Source: Macrostomum lignano (taxonomy: Eukaryota). Taken from it: DNA of 64,000 nucleotides. A program made the translations under genes and the position numbers. The stretch lies in assembly GCA_002269645.1 (NCBI GenBank), contig NIVC01003437.1:14709-78708 (forward strand). The letters are read 5' to 3'. The stretch's first letter is position 1; each line of letters starts with the position of its first letter. This document shows positions 36,601 to 49,610 of the stretch, piece by piece. The notes below the pieces were generated by a model that was not told where the DNA came from, searched no databases, and saw nothing but the letters and a program-made list of their open reading frames with translations.

Positions 36601-39600
36601 GTATCAATATTACCGTTCCTTTACAGAGGATAACGGTTAATCAACGAAATGTCTAATGCTTTTCAAACACTTGCTTGCTGGCAAATGCAGTGATCAATAC
36701 ATATCTATATAATATAATTGATCAAAACGAATTAACAAAATACAATTTAACTTTTTTGGTATTTTTTCTCGGCACCAACTGAGGCAAGTAAAACGAATGG
36801 TTTTTCAATTATTCAGCAACTGAAAAAAATGAGCCTAGTAGCTCGTGTTTATTAGTTTACCAGACATTATGTATCTATACGTAATAATCCTAATAAATTA
36901 TCGAAAACACTTGAAAAAATAGTTAAATGCATCTGTCAGCATTCGATCGGAACACATAAACTACAAATTCGCTGAAAAAGCATATTGCAGATGGGTAATG
37001 TTGGTTTTCCGTTGTAATCAAGCATCTTATCAAGATGCCCTCGACAAAACAGTACTGTTCTGTTTACATGTAAACAATAAATTTTTCTAAATGGATTTTT
37101 ATGCAAGTTTAAAAAAAACTGATTAGCACATTGCGATGCGCAACAAGCAGCGAAGAGCCTTTCGCGCCGAGGTTTTCCCGCAGCGACGTTTTCCAGTCGG
37201 AATTTCAAGTCAAATCAAATCGGATTTAAAATCTAGTCTAGTCTAGACTCACTTGTCACACCGCTTGTCGCTAAAATTCATCTATTAGCTAGCTGTTAGA
37301 TAACCGACTCCAATATCGATTTCGGAAATTTGAACAGGAATGGTCAAACCATTCTCAAAGCTTTCCTGAGGAGAATGCTCCAATGGTCTCAGAGCAATTA
37401 TAACGAGAAACATTGACGCAATAAAACTTCTATCTGGCTGCTGCCCAGTCTTTGCTGCTACAAGCTGCATACTAAACTTTTGGCTCAACAGAGCAGAGCC
37501 GCATATCGTAAAAGCACCTAAAACGAAACCTTGATATAAGCTCAATTTGTCTGTATCGTGATCTGCAAAGTATCGGCCAGTTCGACTTTAACGGGAAGTG
37601 AAATAAACAGCTTAATTCGTTTACCATTTTTGTGTAACGGGAGGCGGGAGGAATGATGTTTCTTAAATTGGGTGGCCGTGCGAAGTACCGCTACATGCTC
37701 TTGAGCACTAAACCATCTCAGCAGTCAGAACATTCCCCCCAATCAGTACATGAGATGCCTTTATGGCCAATCAGCAAGTCTTGAAGGCTTGAATTTTCAA
37801 CCAAACTAAGCAGTCAATCACTGCTCCGGTTTTGACTGCAGCTCCATTGACCCACAATGTCGCAATTTTGTCCAGTTGTCCAGGGTAAACTGGACATAGA
37901 GCATTTCACTGAGCCTGGCAGTTGGTATTTTAAAAGTCACTAAAATGAATAAGACTAAAAATAGCTTTTAAAATGCATGCAGCATGTTTTCAAATACTCG
38001 ATCTCGTGACGATCGTCAATGCATGTACATCTCCGCAACTGGTCTAGTACACAGGGTTATTTTCTATTGGTCACAGGATCATGAGCAACAATAAGGATAT
38101 GAGACGTAGAGAGGAAGAGAGGAATTATTTTCAATGATCCTTCACCTTCACTAATTGCCCACCCAAGTTGAATAACAACAGCAATAATATTACCAACAGG
38201 GCTGTGGGCATCCTGGCGCAACGCTTTCGGAGACATTCGTCAATTCCGCTGACTCCTAAGCAGATACTAGGGCTCCAATACTGTACGCTAGCAAGCGCTC
38301 ATACTCGCTCACACAGGGTGTACAGCGGATCTGACTTTCTAATCCTGGCAGGCATGTACACTATCTGTGCCTTGGGGGTTGGCCTTCATGTCTGTGAATC
38401 GCAGGACAACTCACCGGGCAATTTTCGGTGCACAAGCATCAAGTGAATGTGGCCGCGCACGGAATCGAACTAAGGGTCACGTTTACCACTGAGCTTCTCT
38501 GTCCTTGGTCCAACGTAGTGGTATTCGATAGAGGCATGCATATAGCCGCTGTGTTAAGCCGCTTCTAATAAAATTCTAAGCTGGAATCTTCTTTTCCAGA
38601 GATATCCAATAGCTTAAAGAGCCATTGTTTACTGTGAAAACATGACGAGTTTCTGGAAAAGGATCCGTTAATATTTTTGGAATTTTCAATTAGAGCGATA
38701 CTGTTTAGAAATTACGAGTATTTTATTGGTCGAGAAGCAAAATACGAGAAGTTCGAGTAGTCCCTTTTTTCAACCAAGCAATTCTCTGCTGGGCTGTTCA
38801 ATTGATACCATAGCACAGATCGGCCATGACTAGACTATAGGTGTCCTTGAACCTTTGCCCATAGTTGGCTGAAAGTCAGCGCACTTCAAACAACCTGGGA
38901 CCGCTGGTTCAGCATGCGACACCTAGGTTACTCCGTCACAGCACAAGCTGCCCAACATCAGCTGAGGTGAATGGTCCAAGTGAGCGAGGCAGTGAATGTC
39001 GGCACAAGAGTAGCGCGCTCGGGGTTACAGAAAATGATATAATAATGATAGAACTCGTCTTGATTCATATAAAAAATATAATTTCTTCGTCACAAAATAG
39101 CATCGAGCGTATTTTTCTGGTGTAATTGATTTTGACTTTTGAAAAGAACTATTTAAACACTTCAAACACATCCAATTGTGTAAAAGAACAAAATAAAACA
39201 CGGAAATAAAAGTTTTATAAACTTCTAAGTTATTACTGTTTGATCCTGGCAAGTCTCAAAATCTGGGATAAATTGAATTTAAAAAGTAAAAAGTAAAGCA
39301 AGGAAATATTTTTGACATTTGAATATAAAATAGGAGGATAGTAGCGAGGATTAAAAAATTGTTTGTAGACAGATTTTCATTTGTAACGACATCAAAAAAT
39401 TGTTTTGTAAATGAAAATCTCGCAATAAATGTTTCAATGATTTGCTTTTGTTAGGAAAATAAAACTGGCTACAGAAATCAAAGTTAATTATTTTACGTAC
39501 ATGCCCTGCATGCTGATGGCTAAAAATAAATATGTTGCGTAACTATCACAGGACAAAACATCTAAGCCACGGAGCTTGCGTTATGGAGTATCCAAAAGCC

Positions 39601-39699
39601 AAAGCATGTAAACAAGGGAACATGTCACAAAAAACGGGTAATCTACGAGGCTTTCATCAGAAAGCAAGCAAGCATGGGGCGTTCACTAAAAATATCTAA

Positions 39700-40220
39700 G
39701 CAGCAGGACTTTCACAAAAACATGTAAGCGGCAGGACACTCACAAAAAACATGTAAGCCGCAGGACATTCACAAAAAACATTTAAGCGGCGGGACATTCA
39801 CCAAAAACATGTAAGCGGCAGACATTCACCAAAAACATGTAAGCGGCAGACATTCCCCAAAAACATGTAAGCGGCAGGACATTCACTAAAAACATGTAAG
39901 CGGCAGGACATTCACTAAAAACATGTAAGCGGCAGGACATTCACTAAAAACATGTAAGCGGCAGACATTCACCAAAAACATGTAAGCGGCAGGACATTCA
40001 CTAAAAACATGTAAGCGGCAGGACATTCACTAAAAACATGTAAGCGGCAGACATTCACCAAAAACATGTAAGCGGCAGGACATTCACTAAAAACATGTAA
40101 GCGGCAGGACATTCACTAAAAACATGTAAGCGGCAGATATTCACCAAAAACATGTAAGCGGCAGACATTCACCAAAAACATGTAAGCGGCAGGACATTCA
40201 CTTAAAAATAAGTAAGCGGC
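39700..40220. repeat. 29-31-bp minisatellite, about 17 units
   Basis: Unit ttcactaaaaacatgtaagcggcaggaca and variants. Confidence 0.95.
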
Positions 40221-41725
40221 AGGACTTCAGTTGAGGAGAATCAACGAATCAAAAGAGTCTCTGGTTATCACTTTATATAGGATTTTCTGTTTAACTTTAT
40301 AATACTGTCATAGTACTGCTCCAATACAGATTTCATCCACAGCAGCTGGCGGCGCACTAATGATGACTAGCTATGATAAGAAAATAAGAACGTTTTCCAC
40401 TTGAACTCATAACCTTGTGACTTGATTTCGATATGTCGATGGCTTGAGAGATCTAAGGGTAAAATTTCGATGGCAAAACCCATCCTCATGCTTTAACAGC
40501 CTGCAAATAAACATGCTGATATTTGAAGCACCTGTCAATCACTTTCAGTATGTGTAGCTTTTTAAAATAGTCTATGAAACGCAGCAGAATGACACTTGCT
40601 ATCAGAGCTGTAACCTGGGGTAAGCAGGTATCGGACGATGCTACGTCATAAATGGTTTAGCATCAATAAGTTGACTGGAGACTCGATGCGAATCGAAAAG
40701 CTGGATAAACCGAAATTCGGAGCACTTTATGTCATCCGACTGCTGAAATTCATATTGATAATTATAGGAAATATGGATTGTGACGCCTTTGATGGTTATT
40801 GTAGAGTTCACAGCGTTCACGGACGACCCGAGTGGCAACAGCCATGCCTACATTGAGACCAAATCGTTGTCAACTACAAATAACTTGAAATTCAATACTC
40901 AGAGATTCAGTTCACATCTCAAGCGATTTTTACTCCAATAAAAATGCAAAATCAAGTGGCAAGGTTATGAATGAGTTGAAGTGGAAAACATGGCAAACAC
41001 AGAACGCCTAGGGGGTTATGATAATTATACGCTCGTAGCTTTCCGAGAAACACATTTTTCATCTCCTTTAAAACATAAATAGTAAGATTTTTTGTGATAC
41101 TGCTGAATATTACCGAATGAAATCCCGAAGAACCGAAATTATGCTTTAAAATGTTGTTACATCTATCTTTAATTAACAATTTTTTTCAACTTTTGTTCAT
41201 AAAATAATGGAAACTTCATAGCAAAACTTCAAACAACTTAATTACTTTTAGCAGTTCTACTTAGTGTAATTTTCAGTAACCAGCAGGGTTTAAGACATTC
41301 CTAAATTAGTTAAAGCAGCCAGTTGCAAAAAAGAGGCTCACAACGATGAAAAGTTGGCAAAAGCAGAAGCTGGCAGATTTGCTCACAACGCGATTGGTCA
41401 GATGATGTAGTAGAGATCGTAGTCGAGCTTGTAGTTGAAGTTGTAGTAGAGACTGTTGTAGAGATCATGACGCCCATAAGAAAACACGAGCTGCTCATTC
41501 GCGTGCTGAGTCCGAAAGTCTGGAAATTGGCAGGTAATTTTGCAGCAATTTAATTTCCTCTGAAAGCTGTAACAGACTGATAAATCTCACTTTAATAAAA
41601 CCCACATTAAAAAAGGGCTCGTACTAGTAAACTTTGAATTGCTACCATTGCTTGCATCTTCTGCTTTGCTAGAGTTTTGACTTTATTGAATTCCTAAATT
41701 GGAAAACATTTAGCTTTTTTCTTAC

Positions 41726-44700
41726 CGCTGTATCTGCTGCTGAATCTGGTTCAAAGTGTTCGTCATCTGGGACAGTTGCTGCTCGATATTCAATTGTCGC
41801 ATTTCAATTGCTTCAGCTTTTCCATTCCATTGCGCCTCTATTCTATCGTTATCTAAACGCAAATCCAGGGCTTGGTTCTCCACGTGCGCCTTGAGCACAT
41901 CGGTGTCGCCCTTGTGCCTCTCCACAGGCCGCTGCAGCCGGGGCCGGTGCTCCCGCAGTCGTTTAGCCTGGGAAATCAGGAAGCGCTTGTAGCCTTCTGG
42001 GTAGCCGCTGAAGTCTTTTTTGTTTTTCCACCATGGCTGGAGAAGGACCAAATGCAAGAAGTCAGTGCTTATATATATATATATATATATACCAGTGTAT
42101 ACACATGAAAAAAACTGGCTTGACAATATTCTGCTAAGCTATGATCTTACCTCAGAACCGTCAGGACCCACTTTGCCACAGCGCCGCCCGCACCGACACC
42201 TCACCAGCAGTTTCCAGGCGTAGTGCAGGAATGACAGCGGCGGCGGAACTGGACTGACCTCCGCGAACTCCCGCAGCAGCTCGAACAGATTCTTGCGCCA
42301 CAGAACCTCCGCCCTGCTCGCCAACTCCGTCACGGTGCGGCTGAACAGCGCAATCAGCAGGTTCCACATCACAATATTCACCAGAAGGAGGTATACAAAC
42401 ACCAGAATTCCGTTGTAAGCCTTGTTTCCAGCTTCATCCGCACAGGACTCTCCAGTCGCGAGGTTGCTGGAGCTGCACGACTCGAACTGCGCGTTTTCGA
42501 AGATCCCAAAAGCCAGCGATACGGGTACGGTGAACACCTTTGTCAGAGCCTGAGCATCTTTTGAGTCTGAGAAGGCCGGAAATAGCAGGTTGAAGAAGAA
42601 GACGCCGAATGAGTACACCAGCACCAGCAAGATCAGTATGAATGGCAGAAGGTCTTGGAACAGAAGGCTCTTTAGCATGTTGATCTTCGGCCCGGTGACT
42701 TTGAAGTAGCTGAGCAGGGAAACAGAGCGGAATCCCAGTATCAGGAATGAGGCACTCAGCACAACCTGACTGCTGCGCAGGAGGCTGGAGTCGCTGAGCT
42801 CGCCGAGCAGCTTCAGGACCAGACCTGCCCACATCAGCAGTAACCCAGTCATGTCAAAGTAGTTGAACAGGTCTGTGAAGTAGCCAGGAACTCTTCGATG
42901 TCGGCCGAATATTGTCACTTCCTTTCGAGAAACATTGTTAAGAAAATCATTGATTTCCTGCAGAGTGAAGGACAGTGCGTACGACAGCAGAATGATGTCT
43001 GGAGCTGGAGACTGCTGGATCCGACTGAAGTCCGTCACGTACCAGGCAAAGTAGAGCAGGAAGAGCAGGAAAGCGACGACATGTATTATATATCTCTGCC
43101 AAACTGTTGTATTTGCAGGCCTCTTACCGGTGCAGCAGTGAGGAAAGCTGCTCCAGGGCAACGGTGGAGGCTTTTTCCAGTGCTGATCCACCAAATTGCT
43201 GATGCAGTCAGTGGCGAACAAGTCGTCACAGTCCAGAGTCTTCACAAGATGCATGACTGACACAAACTCTTTATCAACTTCATTTGAAGGCTTCTTCGCA
43301 GGTCGAGAAACGGATTCAATTGGTGGTAAAAACCTCGGCCCAGCATCAGCCTGTTTATCTGAGACACAAAACGAGCCAGTCAGGTAGTCGAACAGATTTT
43401 TCCGTTCATCTTCATCGCCATTGGCATATAGAGATGGTCCAGGATGTTGACAACAACATTTAACGCTCGAAGTTGCACCTTCTGCATAGTTTCACTTTTA
43501 CTTGACCTGACTTTTGGCTTGAGATAAATAAGCAACCTCAGGGTCTGAGAGATGATGTCGAATTGAGGCAGCAGCATGAGGTCGTTAAGAAGCTTTGGTT
43601 TCTCGAGCAGCACGGCGTATTCCATTAGCTCGAGGGCTTTTAAATTTTTGTCTTGCTCTGGGAAAAACTGCAGCAGAGTCGCTATAATGGGCGACTTTGA
43701 ACCTGGCTGCTGTTTTCGAATCTGAGATACAATATGCTTATGAAACTGGTCATCAATCTCATCGATAGCAAAGCCCAAACTGATCAAGCCTCGCAACATT
43801 TCCGCTGAGTCCAGCTCGAAGGCTCTGAGCAGCATCCGAACTTCTGGAGATTCTTCAGAATTTGGCATGATGCCATTTTCTCGTCCTTGCTTCCGCTCAT
43901 TTCTCTTGTCGCCATCTTCCTGAGATTTCCTCAGTGCAGGGCTTCTGTCATCTTCAATGCTAGCCTTGAGCGAGAAGTCATTAAACTGAGTCAAGTAATT
44001 CCGTGCGCTTTGCTTGTCAGGAAGTTTCAGCGCCCTCTTTGCAACATCCACTAACTTGAGCAGTTCTCTAATGGTAAATGACTTCTCTTTAGGAAGTTCC
44101 TTGATGTCATCTGCAAGCTCAACAAGAACTTCGAGCGTCTCCTTGTTGCAGGCAAAGTCGACGCACGTCTGCCCAGCTGCCGTCTCAGCCTCCAGTTTCG
44201 CACCATGCCTTAGAAGATATTTGATGTTTTCTTTGTTGCCACATTCGCAGGCAAAGTGCAAACATTTTGCTTCTTTAAATGGACCCGTAGTGACTCGAAC
44301 ATCTAAAAGTTCTTCAGAACTGAGACCACAAAGCCTGAATAACTCATCTGCAATCACCGGAAGCTCGTATTTTAGGCAAAAAACGTGAGTCACGTGCAGA
44401 CCTTCCGAGTTTTTTTGAAGATTCTTAAAAACCTTCGCTAGAGGAGACTTCGACAGAGCGTTCAAAACGTCTCTCAAGTTAGTTTCACTGGAAATTGAAG
44501 CAAAAAGACAATTATGCTTCTGCTTGTTTTCAGCTGCAGGATCAACACCGTTATCAACAAGACACTGTATGCGATTGATGAGTAGGGCCAGTCGATCTGA
44601 ATCACAAAACCGGTTCAGATTTCTGAACACTGCGTGTAACATACTATTGCCTTCGGAGTCTGTTTCACAAATATCAACCAAAGCGTGTCGATCCTCATTT

Positions 44701-46199
44701 TTGACTCGATCCCATAGCCATTGAAAAACGTCTGGCTGTGTGCAGTTAAGAGCAGAAAGATAAAACTGGGTTCGCTGCCGATGATTAGCAATGCTCAGAC
44801 AGTCTTTCCACCCAATTTTTTCGATAAGCGAATGCAGTGCCGTCAAATTTTGATGTGAAAATGCAAAGTGTATGGCAGTGTCACCATCGAAATCACGAAT
44901 AAGGAACTGCTGCTTGTCCTCGACAATGGATATGAGCCACTGAAACACTGCCGGATTCGCCGTGTTTGCAGCTGCTCTGAGCAAGACACTTTGATTTTTA
45001 GCAGTTTTATGATCCAGGCACTGCTGCAGACCGAGCTTCTCAGTCACTTGCTGTAGTGTGTCTAAATCCAGCTTTAAAAATGCAATGCTAACAGCACTCT
45101 CGCCGGAATCGTCTCGAGCAAAGAATTGCTGCTTGTCCTCGACAATGGGTATGAGCCACAGAAACACTTTCGGATTCGCCGTGTTCAAAGCTGCTCTGAG
45201 CAAGACACTTTGATTTTTAGCAGTTTTATGAGCCAGGCACTGCTGCAGACCGAACTTCTCAGTCATTTGTTGTAGTGTGTATAAATCCAGCTTGAAAAAT
45301 GCAATGCTAACAGCACTCTCGCCGGAATCTTCTCGAACAAAGAACTGCTGCTTGTCCTCGACAATGGATATGAGCCACTGAAACACTTTCGGATTCGCCG
45401 TGTTGAAAGCTGCTCTGAGCAAGACACTTTGATTTTTAGCAGTTTTATGAGCCAGGCACTGCTGCAGACCGAGCTTCTCAGTCACTTGTTGTAGTGTGTC
45501 TAAATCCAGCTTTAAAAATGCAATGCTAACAGCACTCTCGCCGGAATCTTCTCGAACAAAGAACTGCTGCTTGTCCTCGACAATGGATATGAGCCACAGA
45601 AACACTTTCGGATTCGCCGTGTTGAAAGCTGCTCTGAGTAAGACACTTTCATTTTTAGCAGTTTTATGAGCCAGGCACTGCTGCAGACCGAGCTTCTCAG
45701 TCACTTGTTGTAGTGTGTATAAATCCAGCTCAGAAAATGCAATGCTAATAGCACTGTAGCCGTCATTGTCTCGAGCAAAGAACTGCTGCTTGTCCTCGAC
45801 AATGGATATGAGCCATTGAAATACTTTCGGATTCGCCGTGTTAAAAGCTGCTCTGAGCAAGACACTTTCATTTTTAACAGTTCTTGCAGCCAAGCACTGC
45901 TGCAGATCGAGCTTCTCAGTCACTTGTTTTAGTGTGTCTAAATCCAGCTCAGAAAATGCAATGCTAACAGCACTGTAGCCGTCATTGTCTCGAGAAAAGA
46001 ACTGCTGCTTTTCCTGGACAATGGAAACGAGCCACCGAAACACTTTTGGATTCGCCGTGTTTAAAGCTGCTGCAACCAAGATGCTTTCATTTTTAGCAGT
46101 TCTTGCAGCCAGGCACCGCTGCAGACCAAACTTCTCAGTCACTTGTTTTACTTTGCTTAAATCACGCTTCAAAAATGCCTTGTAAACATTGTAATCCAT
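41726..46199 (-). CDS. Ankyrin-repeat + TRPM-type cation channel; exons ~46199..42151 (one frameshift near 43428) and 42036..41726, plus a probable short last exon near 41560; about 1450 aa if the frameshift is repaired
   Basis: Six 73-aa ankyrin-like units plus a canonical ANK pair (CLHFACECGNKENIKYLLRHGA); TRPM MHR4/pre-S1-like text (LMEYAVLLEK, NILDHLY, SVMHLV..DLFATDCISNLVDQHW); six TM segments with TGPKINML..QDLLPF, NLLIALFS, TRP box LWRKN..PVPPP; coiled-coil tail; intron GAG|GTAAGA..ctccag|CCA. An AG just upstream of the ATG allows additional 5' exons. Confidence 0.85.
44870..46090 (-). repeat. 219-bp coding tandem repeat (73 aa), six copies
   Basis: Period measured from gacactttc at 45642 and 45861; units are highly similar at the DNA level. 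Confidence 0.9.
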
Positions 46200-46416
46200 T
46201 GTAATCTGTGGATGTATGAATTGAAGAGTGAAAAGTTTTTTAAACTTTGTTGCTTGTGCTAAGTATTTAATAATGGTTGGAATTTCATTTTACTCTATCC
46301 TAATACTAAAACTCTAGTGCATATATAAATGGGCATTCAGTTTGCTGTTTAAGTATTTCTACGGAATATGTAAGTAATCTTCTCTCTCGTCCTAATACTA
46401 AAACCGACGCGATGTT

Positions 46417-46459
<43 letters not shown>

Positions 46460-47276
46460 ATGTTGCAAGTGAACTCCTACAATTCTGGCAAGTCGGCGTC
46501 GAAACTTATATAGGAAAACTGCAAATTTTCCCGATCAAGATTTAGGCTATTTTAATTTTTAATCTTCACATTTTAACATCCCTAAAAAACAGAAAACTGC
46601 TTTTTCAACCCCCAATAACCTTCTTTGGCCACTCTGCCTGGGGCTGCAGCCAGTTTGTAAAAATAGCCACCCCAACCTCCGCCCGCGGGTCGCTGTTTTT
46701 GGGGGGGGGGTGCGCGTGTTCTTGCGTTCAATGCAAATAAAACCCCCCGCGTGTTGAGGGTTGAGTTAAAGTTAACGATTCCCCCGAAACGGAGGGGGGT
46801 TGGGCTTGGACTGTGTGTACATAGCAGTTGTACAGTGTAAGCAGTAGATAGGACGGTGCCGAGATTTAATTGGTTTTATTATCGGTGCCTTTCAATACGC
46901 AGCCCTGTCTGTGTCTTGCTAGACAGTGAAATTCATTGAACAAACTTGCGAGCCTCTCAGGCAAGCAGTCGGGAAATTGGGAAATTACAAACGCTAACTT
47001 TTCCTCGAGTTTCCTCGAGTTTTAAACTTTGAGAGGAGAGACCTATATTGCTGGAAAGAGCTTGCAATGCTGAGTTCGGGGATAAAAGTTTTTGCTTTGA
47101 AAATGAAAACAAAAAGCACAGCATTCAAGAAAAAATCATTCTTTAAATTTTCTGACACGTGTTCTGCGTACAATTCAATTAAAACACTCTGTTGGCCAGG
47201 TGGCGCGATAGGGTTCAGTGTACACAGTGAATGCCCAGTAGAGGCTACAGATAGCAATGAAATGAAAGAACGATGA

Positions 47277-47304
47277 AACCCTAACCCTAACTCTAACCCT
47301 AACC
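47277..47304. repeat. Interstitial telomere-like (CCCTAA)n; also at 53403-53426
   Basis: aaccctaaccctaactctaaccctaacc, at the same position in units 1 and 2. Confidence 0.7.
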
Positions 47305-47899
47305 ACTGACGCCCTCTAACTTGAATATTTTTAAGTATGGAAAAAAACATCTTTTGGATCTCTATTTAGCAGTCATGATGGACTGCAATTTCATGGAGAT
47401 GTCAGGTATTATGATTAAAAATTGATGAATCGCAGCTTGACGGAGATGATATTGATGGATTGACGTTGAAAGGAGAGAATTTTGACGAAATTCAGTTTCA
47501 TGAAAAGAATTTTATACGTTCTGTTTCACGGAGACGATTTCGATGGCTTTCAGTTTCCCAAAAAAAATTTGATAAATTTCTGTTTCACGGAGAGAATTTT
47601 GATGGATATCCATTTGACGGATTTCGATGGTTTTCAGTTTCACGGAGATGCTTTTGATTGTGTTCTGTTCAATGAAGAGGCTTTTGATGGAGTTTTGTTC
47701 AACGAAGAGGACTTTGAAGCATTTCTGTTTCACGGAGAGGATATTAATGGAGTCATGTTTCACGGAGTAGCTTTTGATTGTGTTCTGTTCAATGAAGAGG
47801 CTTTTGATGGAGTTTTGTACAACGAAGAGGACTTTGAAGCATTTCTGTTTCACGGAGAGGATATTAATGGAGTCATGTTTCACGGAGAGGATTTCGGTG

Positions 47900-48560
47900 G
47901 TCAGAGATCAGATCAGAGATGAGAGAGGTAAGAGAAGAAAGTAGTGAGGAGAAAGAAGAGGCTAAAGATAAATTTGCAGAGAGGGGAGATAAGAGATGCG
48001 ATGAGAAAGAAGATGAGTGAGAAAATGAGAGAGAAGAGATTAAAGATTAGAGAAGAGAGAAGAGATTGGAGATTAAAGAAGAGAGGGGAGAAGATGAGAG
48101 GAGAAAGGAGAGGAGAGAAAAGAAAGGAGAGGGGACATGAGATGATAGAAAGCAGAGAAGAAAGATGGGAGATAAGAAAGGAGAGGGTGAGAGCATATAG
48201 GAGATATGAGAAATAAGAGCAGAGAAAAGAGAGAAAATTAGAGATATAGGGTAGGGGAAAGATAATAGATAAAAGAGTAGAGATATGAGAGAGGAGAGAA
48301 GAGGGGAGAGATAAGAGACAAAAGAGGAGGCAGGAGAGAGGAGATAGGAGAGGGTACATACGAAAGACAATGAAGAAGAGATAAATAAGGGAGTAGAGAT
48401 GAGAGGAGAGAGAGGAGAGAGAAGCCAGAAAGGGAGAGAGTACAGAGAAGATAGATGAACGATCAGATATAAGAGAGTTGAGAGGAAAAAAGTAGTGAGG
48501 GAAAAAAGGAGGGTAAGAGAGGAACACAGAGAGAAGAGATGAGAGACTTTAGAGCTGAGA
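47900..48560. repeat. GA-rich purine low-complexity tract; related tracts at ~53540-54560 and ~55950-57290
   Basis: Almost pure A/G on the plus strand; produces spurious Leu/Ser and Arg/Glu ORFs. Confidence 0.9.
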
Positions 48561-49082
48561 GAGCAAAAAGGAAACAGGAGACAGGGGAGTCTGAGTCTGG
48601 ACAATGGCAGTCAGTATTTGCAAACATGGAAAACAAGAATGTGGTATTTGATTTGAAAGGCTTTGTAGAGGATTTGGAGACAAGTTGGAAGATGGGATTC
48701 AAGACATGGAATTTCAGTTGATGGATATTTCAGGGAATGGAATTCCGGTGATGGGAGTTCTTCCTCTTTCTCCTCCGAAGGAAGAGTTCCACTTCTACTA
48801 ATACTAAAACTGACGCGATGTTTGTGTGTCTGTCTGTTGCAAGTGAACTCCTACAATTCTGCCAAGTCAGCGTCGAAACTTATATGGGAAAACTGCAAAT
48901 TTTCCGGAGCAGGCTTTAGGCTATTTTAATTTTTAATTTTCTCACTAGCAATCTTCGCCCCCCGATGGGGGACATCTGGATAGAATCTCTGTTTTCTAAA
49001 GTAACAAAAAGACAGCCAAAAATCCTTCAAAAAGACAACAGACAAACTGCTCAAATGAAGTGCATTGCAAAAAGAAATCATC

Positions 49083-49610
49083 CCAAGACTGCAAGCATCC
49101 CCCAGATAGCAAGCATCCCCTAGATAGCAAGCATCCCCAAGATGGCAAGCATCCCCCAGATAGCAAGCATCCCCCAGATTGCAAGCATCCCCCAGATAGC
49201 AAGCATCCCCAAGATAGCAAGCATCCCTCAGATAGCAAGCATCCCCCAGATAGCAAGCATCCCCCAGATAGCAAGCATCCCCCAGATAGCAAGCATCCCC
49301 CAGATAGCAAGCATCCCCCAGATAGCAAGCATCCCCCAGAAAGCAAGCATCCCTCAGATAGCAAGCATCCCCCAGATAGCAAGCATCCCCCAGATAGCAA
49401 GCATCCCCCAGATAGCAAGCATCCCCCAGATAGCAAGCATCCCCCAGATAGCAAGCATCCCCCAGATAGCAAGCATCCCCCAGATAGCAAGCATCCCCCA
49501 GATAGCAAGCATCCCCCAGATAGCAAGCATCCCCCAGATAGCAAGCATCCCCCAGATAGCAAGCATCCCCAAGATAGATAGCATCCCCAAATAGCAAGCA
49601 TCCACCAGAC
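49083..49610. repeat. 18-bp minisatellite, about 29 units, inside the Helitron
   Basis: Unit cccccagatagcaagcat. Confidence 0.95.

Larger units (their letters stand above)
35110..40840 (+). repeat. Segmental duplication, copy B (paralogous to ~14860-23235)
   Basis: Same ordered anchors as copy A; lacks the 16.6-18.6 kb and 20.0-21.9 kb blocks. Confidence 0.85.
46330..48792 (+). mobile_element. Helitron-like tandem unit 1 (TC..TAATACTAAAAC head, (GTCT)n, telomere-like repeats, GA-rich tract, terminal hairpin)
   Basis: Head tcctaatactaaaaccgacgcgatgtttgtttgtctgtc is typical of non-autonomous rolling-circle elements; the whole block recurs at 48793-54719. No CTAG 3' end found. Confidence 0.5.
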
